From positions 133,300,001 to 133,364,000 of the forward strand of contig NC_042999.1 in NCBI RefSeq assembly GCF_006345805.1: a stretch of DNA of 64,000 nt, in the 5' to 3' direction. The translations under genes were made by a program, and so were the position numbers. Shown here piece by piece: positions 54,571-64,000 of the stretch (positions are counted from its first letter, which is position 1; every line of letters starts with the position of its first letter). The notes below the pieces were generated by a model. It ran no database searches. It saw only the letters and a list, made by a program, of their open reading frames with translations, and was not told where the DNA came from. This stretch comes from Octopus sinensis (lineage: Eukaryota).

Positions 54571-54817
54571 AAAAGGGCTAGTAAAATAAATTACTTTGCC
54601 GCATACGAACTATTAGAAATAGCAGCTAAAAAACGTTTTTTAAAGCTATTTCTAATACTTAAAGAAATCTCTCTCTATAGTGTTTGCTAATTCAAATCTA
54701 AGCAAAACTATATAGAGAGATTTTCTTTAATTATTAGAAATAGCTTTAAAAAGTTTTTTAGCGCTATTTCTAATGATTCAGTATGCGGCAAAGTAATTTA
54801 TTTTACTAAGCCCTTTT
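54571..54817. mobile_element. Foldback/MITE-like palindrome flanked by TA
   Basis: The whole ~250 bp is an imperfect inverted repeat (AAAAGGGCTAGTAAAATAAATTACTTTGCCGCATAC / GTATGCGGCAAAGTAATTTATTTTACTAAGCCCTTTT). Confidence 0.75.
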
Positions 54818-54911
54818 ATATATGTAATAATTTGAATTCGCCTTGAATGGTCCCTTTGCATACTGAACACTTTGTGGAATTGATTACTAATTAATATTTG
54901 CCTCATTGTTG

Positions 54912-54960
<49 letters not shown>

Positions 54961-55044
54961 ATGTGTGTGTACCGTATTATATATATCTATATATCACACC
55001 TACATTATATATGATTATACACTCATATATATATATATATATAT

Positions 55045-55285
55045 CACGTGATCACGTGACCGACCAGACCATCAGATGTGTTACACATCGCTGGTCACAA
55101 TGCGTTCGCATTGTTTTAGCCTCGATGACGCCACCCCGCTGGCTAAGCGAGGCGGCCAACAGAAGAAAGAGGGGAAAAGAGTGGTGAAAGGGTACAGCCG
55201 GGATCACCACCCCCTGCTTTTAGTGTTTTCGCTCAATAAACACTCACAACGCCCGGTCTGGGAATCGAAACCGCGATCCTACGGT
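55045..55285 (-). mobile_element. SINE family C
   Basis: Reverse-complement match to 26465-26745. Confidence 0.7.
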
Positions 55286-55351
55286 TATATATATATATAA
55301 CCGCAAATGAACAAGCACAGACATAATATATAAACATTTGCGCGTCTGTGC

Positions 55352-55449
<98 letters not shown>

Positions 55450-55456
55450 GCCGCTC

Positions 55457-55885
55457 GTATGAATGACGAAGCCACCTTGAGCATGATCCTATGAACCCAG
55501 AAATTGAAAACAGAGAGTTGCTTATTTGCAAAAAAAAAAAAAAAGAAATATAACATGTGACTCCATTGACCGAGGTTACCGTGGTCTTTTCCGTAGGCTT
55601 TTCTTTCCACGGGTAAACCTCACCTGTCCCTCCCCTTTACACTTCATATTGACATTCTGTGATAACGATCCCTATTGATCAATTTTTTTTTTTTTTTCTC
55701 TTTTTTTCTTCCTCTCCCTCCCCCCTTTTTTTGACCCCCCTTTTTTGGTCCTCTTTCTCTCCTTTTACGATCCCTTTTGATCGAAACTCCCCCTTCCTTT
55801 TTTTTTTTTTAAACCTTCAAAAGAAAAGCTCTACCTTGTAATTTGTTCTATCTGTGTGCAGCCCTGTGTGGCTAATAAAGAAACA
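55457..55885 (+). mobile_element. Shorter copy of the same Tx1/L1-like LINE with a 14-bp TSD
   Basis: Matches 20224-20665 in reverse complement; TATCTATGCCGCTC is repeated at 55443-55456 and 55886-55899. Confidence 0.8.
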
Positions 55886-56446
55886 TATCTATGCCGCTCT
55901 CTCACTCTCCCTCTCTCTCTCTCTTCATATACACTCACACACAACACATTCAGACACATACATACACACATAAGCATGTATGTATACATTTAATAAAACA
56001 TATATAAACATAAATAACATTGTGTATAGCAATCACTGAGTACGTATATGCGTCCGTGAGTGTGCATGAAGGCGTGTGACTTGGTACTTAGGCCGTTACC
56101 CTAACGAACATAAGGCTGTGAGTTGGACTCCACCACCAGACGGTGCGCTTTGTCTCTAAACAAGGCACAGGATTTTATTCAGCTAAATATGAATGCTAGC
56201 TTAGTGCTGGTGCAGCTCTCAATAATCCCATCTGTTAGATCTTCATTGTTCCGTTGAGTCAAATTGTGGGAGGGCCTAGTGAATTTCAGTGCTTGCACGG
56301 GGGTTAAATACGCACATATAACAAGAGGGGATAACATGGTACATGCCACTATTCATACCTGTTTATCAGTGGCGGCTGTGTCTGTTGACATTAACGCGCG
56401 CACCCAACTCTCTCTTTCTCTTTCTCATACGCGCGCACAAACGTAC

Positions 56447-56516
<70 letters not shown>

Positions 56517-57197
56517 GTATCTCTCTATCTATCTATCTACACATACACACACACACATCTGAGTTTGTATGGTTGTGTGTAGAAGAATATACTAAGCAAT
56601 GAACTTCCAACTTAGTGTGATTTTCACGTTTAATTATTTGCTATCTTTTACAATTTTACAATTTTATAATAGTAAAATAAACTAGTACTCATCCCCCCCC
56701 CACACACACACATACATATACATAACAGGCATGGTTATGTAATAATGCTTCCCAACCTCATAGTTTTGTGTTCAGTTCCACTGCGTACCACCTTTAATAA
56801 GTGTCTTCCACAATAACCCCGGGCTGACCAAAGCTTTTTGAAAAGATCTGGTTGGCAGAAACTGAAGGAAACACCGTCGTCTATATACGTATATATATAT
56901 ATTATATCTATATATATATATCTATATATATATATATATATATTATATATATGATAACGGGAGCTTTATGAAAATAAACAAAAGACGAAGGCGGTGGAAT
57001 ACAAACAAAACATGTATTATGTATGGCGCTCAGGAATATAATAAAAACAAGTCTTTTACGTTTCGGAGCCTACGCTCTTCAACAGAAAGATACACAGAAA
57101 AGAAACACGGAGAGAAACAAGGAGAGATAAAAAATGAGAGAGTGCTTGTGTTTGTATTAGTGTTTCAGCCACCACCACCGCTGTATGTATATGTATG

Positions 57198-57229
<32 letters not shown>

Positions 57230-60200
57230 TGTATGTATGTTGTATGTATGCATGTATGTATATGAGCAGAAAACGTAATTACAAATACACACCGTAATTT
57301 CACATATACATACATACTAATAGCAGAAATAGCCAAGTCTCCCTCAAATTGCACTCCCAATAAAAATCATATTTTGAATAATTTAATCACATATGTACTA
57401 TTCCTAAAAATACGACGGTGTAGACACGGCTGGAACACCTTTGATCAAAAACCTACTAGACAAAAGCTGACCTGAGGTGAAAAGCAACATCAACTGCTTA
57501 TTGATAGTGAGAGATATATAAGTAGAGTTTTTATACGCACCTGCCAATGACAGAGTGATTATGTCAAATTGTATGTATGTACTTACGCATGCGGGTATGT
57601 ATGTATGCATGCATGTATGTATTATATATGTATTCATCTACGTACGACGTACTATGTATGTATGCATGTATGTACGTACGTACGCATATGTGAATGAATG
57701 AATGAATGAATGTGTATATGCTTGAGTGTTTGTTTGTAAATATGCATGTGTGCTTGTATGTTTGTAAACATGTATGTATGCGTTTGTATCTAAGTATTGA
57801 GTATTTGCATGTGTTTCAAGCTTCAGTGTTGTTCGTTAGAGTTCCATTCGACAGCCGTACACTCACCGCTGTATTATTGCTTGCGTAGACAGCACCATTC
57901 ACTGAACACGGTTTGATCTCGATTTTTCTGAATGAATGATGGAACAGTAGGTAGCTATCTTGGACAGGAAGGAAGAAGGTAAATGGTATTTCTATTGTAT
58001 ATCACAGACATCATTTGGTACGTCATATTACGGATATGACAAGCAAATAAAATAGATTTGCAAAAGGTAAATTCTACTATCGTACCTTCCGGATATTGTC
58101 AGAGTTGTTGGCAATACTATAATGATGTGTTTAGTTTGACATGAGACATAGCTGTGATCATGTCATATTCAACACATTCATTGTCTGTTGGTTTTTGTAA
58201 GTAGAAGCGGTTAATGAGTTGTAGTATGAGGAGGTAGGAGGCTTTCTGTTATTTCCTCGCTAAACTTGGCCAACATTGAAAGATTGATGATCGGATTCTG
58301 AAAAAAAGAGTGTTTTGTATGCACTTAAATTAGTGCTCTCGCGCTTGTGTATGTGTGTGTATGTGCGCGCGCGCGCATGACCAGATACCTAAGAAGTTTT
58401 CTTGGTGCTCATGAGGTCTCAACTCTATAGAAAGAGCGTTTTGTATGCATTTGAATAAGCGCGCGCGTGTGTGTATGTGTGTGTGTGTGTGTGTGTTTGC
58501 AGGCATGAGCAAATAACTAAGATGTTTTCTTGGTGCTCATGTGGTTCTGGTTTCGATCCAACTTCGTGGCATATTAAGTCATATTAAGCATATTAAGTCC
58601 TTTACCATAACCTAGAGTAAACCCTAAAACTTTGGGAGTGTTGTTTAGTAGACAAAAGAAACAGTTGGAAGCGCGGTTGGAAGGGCTGTAACTCTAATTC
58701 TAAGTTCTAGATTTGTCACACACCGTCGCACGTCACACTGGTTTTTGCTGATGATTACATTAAGCGTACACTTACTATTGGGTTATTTTTACTAACAAAA
58801 CCTTTCAGTGGATCTAACAACTGCAATAGTCAAGTTGAGACCAACGGAGATCAATTTAAATTCACTCGTCTGAGTGTGTAGTGTATGTGTGGTGTGTGTG
58901 TGTGTGTGTGTGTGTGTGTGGAAGCATGTGGTAAGTGTATATGTGCGTGTATGTGTGCAAGCATGTGCTTATTTCTACGCCTGTTTGTGTTTGTTTGGGT
59001 GTGTATTATTATTATTATTAGTAGTAGTAGTAGTAGTAGTAGTAGTGGGGTGGTGGTGGTGGTGGTGGTGGTGGTGGTGGTGGTGGAGGTGGTACTAGAA
59101 GTAGTAGTAGTAGTAGTAGTAGTAGCAGCACTAGTAGTAGTAGTAGTAGTAAAAACTGCTTTCAGCTAACAGACGTGTGTGTATGTATGTAGGCATACAT
59201 TTCTGATAACTGTTCATGGCACATTCGTTTTTGTGCATATTTGTCAAGAGGAAAATATGGTGCTTCCAAACAGCTCTTTTATCATCTATAATGCAAATTC
59301 TCGGCACTGAAACTTAATTGTTGTTGACGCCCTATTGCGTATCGTCCAATGCTATAAAGGTGCCGCAGATACGAGCAAAAAGTCAATGATTTTCAACTAA
59401 AGTTGCACGCCATTAACCCCCGTTCACTGATTCAATATAGCAGTGGATAGCTACGTAAAACATGTAAAGACTACGGAAGAATTTTTTGCCATACTGTATC
59501 AACCCTACATCCAATGTGTAACTTCAAACAGTTAGTTATAGGAAGCGGAAAATGAACAGCCAGTAGAACCGAAAAACTTCTTCAAAACACATTGAATCTC
59601 ACAGCATTCATCATGTTCTGCCACGCATTGTAGCGTCCACTTATATTAGACAATTTATTACATTTCAGCGACAATGCCAGAGAGAAAACTTGATGGCAAC
59701 TTGGTTCTGTTACTTGAGTTTGCAAAATTGTGTATTCTCCTTGTGCTCCTTGAACAAGTTCTTCTATGGATCAAACCACTATCAAAGATACAGCTATCTT
59801 CATGGGATGAGAATGCGGCAAACGAACCGAGTGCCGAGTTGAATTGATGACTTTTGTAGTGTGCGAAACTGATAACAACGGAGGTATTTAATATACTAAG
59901 TTACTAAAGCTACTGAAGTTTGGGAGGAGCCAAAATAGCGAGGCACACTGTCAAGCATGTGTGGGCCCTGTTGTTAGCGAGGTTGCCGGCAGCCATCCGA
60001 CAAGTAGAGAAGCGATAATTTTGCTCTTTTTGTTGTGTTTTCCTTTTTTCTTTTATTATGAGACCTTCATTCAAGTTTCAGATTAGATATGCCCAGAACA
60101 TTGATACTGCTTTTTAGCAATATCATCAAAAGTTGAATCCTAAAAACATCATATTTTTGTTTCGCAACAAAAACACTGAAACAGAAATGCTTTGTGCTTT

Positions 60201-60949
60201 ATTATAACTCGCAGCAAACAGAAACAGACACTACTATCTTCCATGTCTCATTCTATTTATTTAATGTTATCTTGAAATTATATTGAGGAGCCACTTTCTA
60301 TTTGATTTATTATAGAAAAATAAACTTATATTATTGCTTATGTAAAAACTTTGTTTCCCCTCATACTTTCCTGATCGAATCTTGTCTGGGTTGAAACAGT
60401 AGTAAAAGCTGCTTTGATTGGCGCCATGAAGGCTTCGAAAAAGAAGCCATCGAATAGATAACAGACTCTGTATTAAAGAGAAAGGAGAACAACAATATGC
60501 ATATAGAGGAAGCTAAAAATGTCCTAAGCAAAAAAAAAAAAAAAAAAGCGGGACTACAAAGACGTGCTAGACCAAAAGCAAGGAAAGTTTTTACATGACC
60601 AATACTAGAAAAAAGAGGGGGAAATAGATTACGGAAAACCTCAATAGTTCCTGAAAAGTGAACGAATAAAACTAAGACTGTTGAATTTCTTTTACAGCGG
60701 CACAAAAATCAGAGTTTCAGCCAGAAATCCCCAAAAGCATGTTATGAAACAGAATATTTCTTTATTACCCACAAGGGGCTAAACACAGAGGGGACAAACA
60801 AGGACAGACATAGGTATTAAGTCGATTACATCGACTCCAGTGCGTAACTGGTACTTAATTTATCGACCCCGAAAAGATGAAAGGCAAAGTCGGTCTTGAG
60901 ATTGATTACAGACAATTAATTGCATTGTATCTGGTTAGTTCGTCTAAGC

Positions 60950-61230
60950 CAGGAGTTAATATATCTACAACCATGACAGAGTTCGTTTTATGCACTGGAA
61001 GTTATATCAACATTATAAAATAATAACACAAAGGGGGCGGTATAATCAGACACTAGAACAGATATGAGTCTGACAAAGCAAATATTTTCTGGTATAACCC
61101 TAGCTATACTGACAGAGAGATCAAGGTTAATCGACTGGATATAGTTATGAAATACCACCCACAAAAATGGCTTCCTACTCGAAATACCAGTCCCAACAGA
61201 TTTGAAGTATGTCGCAGCAAACAATAATGT
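60950..61230 (+). pseudogene. Dong/R4-like RLE endonuclease remnant
   Basis: Manual translation NIFWYNPSYTDREIKVNRLDIVMK resembles W..P..TDREIKANRPDIVVK. Confidence 0.5.
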
Positions 61231-61944
61231 AACTCTAAAAAGAAATGTAAACGTTAACACTTTGTAAACCTATCAAGAGAAACTGAGATAAAAATGAATG
61301 TGGGAATATATAACATGTGCCTTGGGAATGAATAAAAAAACACAGACAAATATGTAACCAAATCATATATGCTTCACATGTAGACAACATGTGGGAAATA
61401 TAAAAAAAAACAATAATAAGCATTTCACATATATTTTCTAAAATATTTTCAATGCAATTAAAACGCAAAATCAAAATAAAACACTGCTCATTTCCAAGGC
61501 GAACAGACCTGCACCTGAGGGAAATGAATGCACGCAATAAAAATAAAACTGCTGAATTATGATGATGATGTTGGTGATGATAACGATTACGATCAAGATG
61601 ATGATGATTATAATAATAATATTTTCTTCTATAGGCACAAGGCAGGAAATTTTTTTTTGGGGGGGGGGGGGGAATATAGTCGAATACATCGACCCAGTAC
61701 TCAACTGGTACTTAATTTATCGACCCCGAAAGGATGTAAGGCAAAGTTGACCTCGGCGGAATTTGAACTCAGAACGTAGCGGCAGACGAAATACTTATTT
61801 CTTTACTACCCATAAGGGGCTAAACACAGAGAGGACAAACAAGGACAGACAAACGGATTAAGTCGATTATAACGACCCCAGTGCGTAACTGGTACTTATT
61901 TAATCGACCCCGAAAGGATGAAACGCCAAAGTCGACCTTGGCGG

Positions 61945-62038
<94 letters not shown>

Positions 62039-62039
<1 letters not shown>

Positions 62040-62510
62040 AAATAGTAAAGAGTGAAAAAACTACAGAGGCTTAAATGTTAAAAATATATATATTTGCGCC
62101 AATATGTCTGAAGAATATTAGAAAATTTTTTTAAAAAATTTTTTTTCTCTTATAATGACATAATTTAAAAGAAAGACCGTTTCGCGTGTAGCTTTTCAAA
62201 TTTCTTGCGACGTTTATGTTTATGTTGAATAGAGTTTTTCGTTATGTTTATGTTCAAGAGAGTTCTAAATAGGGAAGGTAGTGAGTGATTTCTTCCGGTG
62301 TAACGAGAATAATCGCTTAAAAATGTTTTCCTTTCCCTTGGTGTGATTTTTCTGTATCAGTATGTTCGGATGGTTGAGTCTGGGCTTGTACTTTTCAATG
62401 AAGAATGTTTCCTTGTTTAGTCTAATTTGTGTTGATGATCCGAAAGCACATTGGTAAAATGGAAAGATTAAAAATTGTGGTAGTAGTTGCTTTGCGCATT
62501 TCTCAATGCA
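62039..62510 (-). mobile_element. Inverted upstream pLTR of the terminal PLE
   Basis: Reverse complement of 63499-63978. Confidence 0.9.
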
Positions 62511-63980
62511 TGGAAATAATCATTTACCAGGAATCTTTATCAATCTTTGGAAACCCCCTCTCTCAATACATAAAAGAGAATTGGAAACGATTCTTAGACG
62601 ATTGTTTTATTCTCTGGAATGAAAACACAGATAAACTCCTAAAATTTAAAAACCTATTGAACAGCACAAACCCAAATATACAGTTCACAATGGAATACAA
62701 CCAAAAGGAGCTCCCGTTCTTGGATATACTAATTAAAAAAATTAACCTTAAATAGAAACAGACATTTTTTACAAAGCCACAGACGCCACAATACCTTCTT
62801 TTTAATTCATGCCACCCAAGACACACTAAACAAACATCCCCTTCAACCTTGCAAGAAGGATATGCACAATAGTGTCAGAACAAATACCAGGAACTTTAGA
62901 CTGCAAGAACTCAAAAACACCCTAATTGACAGACATTACCCAGCTCAACTCATAGAAGATGGGATCAGACGTGCAACAAAATCAACATAGAACTTTAAGA
63001 AAAGTTCAACACAACAACACACCTTCCCCGAAAATACTACCTTACATATCTACATACAACCCCAGAAACAAAGAAGCCTTCACCATCATCACGCAGAATT
63101 TACCAATACTTCATAAAAACCCCCCAATTAAAGGAAATTCTAAACATACAACCAAATCATTAAAAGCTACGAACAGCCTAAATCACCCAAAAAGATTCTC
63201 ACAAAGGCAAATTTTCTTCTGAAATTACGGATGCAAAATTAAAAAAATGTGGTAGATCGAACTGTGCAACATGTCCTAACCTGCTAGAAGGATCAGAATT
63301 CCTCTTTAAAGAGGACAGAATTCAAGATCAAATCTAACTTTACTTATATGCCTCTGAAAACATAATTTATGTCATAAAATGCTCGGGCTGCCACCAAGAC
63401 TACGTGGGTTCCACGGGACTATCACTCAGACGTAGATGCACACTGCATCGACAACAGATTGCATTCCCAGAATATAGAATGATACCTTTTAGTGAGCACA
63501 TTGGGAAATGCGCAAAACAACTACTACCACAATTTTTAATCTTTCCATTTTACCAATGTGCTTTCGGATCATCAACACAAATTAGACTAAACAAGGAAAC
63601 ATTCTTCATTGAAAAGTACAAGCCCAGACTCAACCATCCGAACATACTGATACAGAGAAATTCACACCAAGGGAAAAGAAAACATTTTTAAGCGATTATC
63701 TCCCTTACACCGGAAGAAATCACTCACTACCTTCCCTTATTTAGAACTCTCCTGAACACAAACATAACGAAAACTCTATTCAACATAAACATAACGTCGC
63801 AAGAAATTTGAAAAGCTACACGCGAAACCGGTCTTTCTTTTAAATTATGTCATTATAAGAGAAAAAAATTTTTTTTTTTTAATTTTCTAATATTCTTCAG
63901 ACATATTGACGCAAATATATATATTTTTTAACATTTAAGAAAGCCTCTTGTAGTTTTTTCACACTCTTTACTATTTTCTA
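62510..63980 (+). mobile_element. 5'-truncated Penelope-like element: RT C-half, GIY-YIG endonuclease and 3' pLTR (frameshifted)
   Basis: WKRFLDDCFILW..IQFTME..LPFLDILI; ETDIFYK..SCHP..NIPFNLARRIC; CGRSNCATC..IIYVIKCSGC..YVGSTG..LRRRCTLHR..E.FFIEKYKPRLN. Confidence 0.9.
63801..63839 (+). ncRNA. Minimal hammerhead-like motif with a U3:A8 core variant in the PLE pLTR
   Basis: AAGAAA(T)-TTGAAAA-GC-TACAC-GC-GAAA-CCGGT-C-TTTCTT; mirrored at ~62170-62210(-). Confidence 0.5.
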
Positions 63981-64000
63981 TATATTCCCCCACGTGCTTT

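Noticed and set aside
57950-58300. Possible decayed PLE on the minus strand
   Set aside because: Only fragmentary resemblance (KPT, IANN); not enough to call.
59200-59860. Mutator-like transposase remnant
   Set aside because: The weak motif matches fall in the wrong order and contain many stops.

Overview
AT-rich, microsatellite-saturated animal DNA. The SINE families resemble those I recognise from Octopus, so a coleoid cephalopod is likely. I cannot support any intact host protein-coding gene; almost all ORF-track entries are microsatellite translations. The window contains many retroelement and DNA-transposon relics: Penelope-like elements (PLEs) with inverted pLTRs at both ends, three tRNA-derived SINE families, Tx1/L1-, RTE-, Hero- and Dong/R4-like LINE fragments, Helitron pieces and MITE-like palindromes. 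The standout is a ~5.3 kb tandem array (6530-11855) of ~604-bp near-identical non-coding units, bounded by (TA)n tracts. Each of the 9 units carries a complete type I hammerhead ribozyme fold: stem I TCTACG/CGTGGA, core CTGAAGA...GAAA, palindromic stem III ACGTACGT, GTC cleavage triplet. Loop II of that fold is occupied by a ~58-nt GT-AG intron-like segment with donor, branch-point and acceptor consensus, and removing it leaves a compact stem II hairpin. This looks like a retrozyme or PLE-pLTR-derived, circRNA-generating array with an intron-split ribozyme. Several other minimal hammerhead-like motifs occur in PLE-derived repeats, including a U3:A8 compensated core in the terminal PLE.
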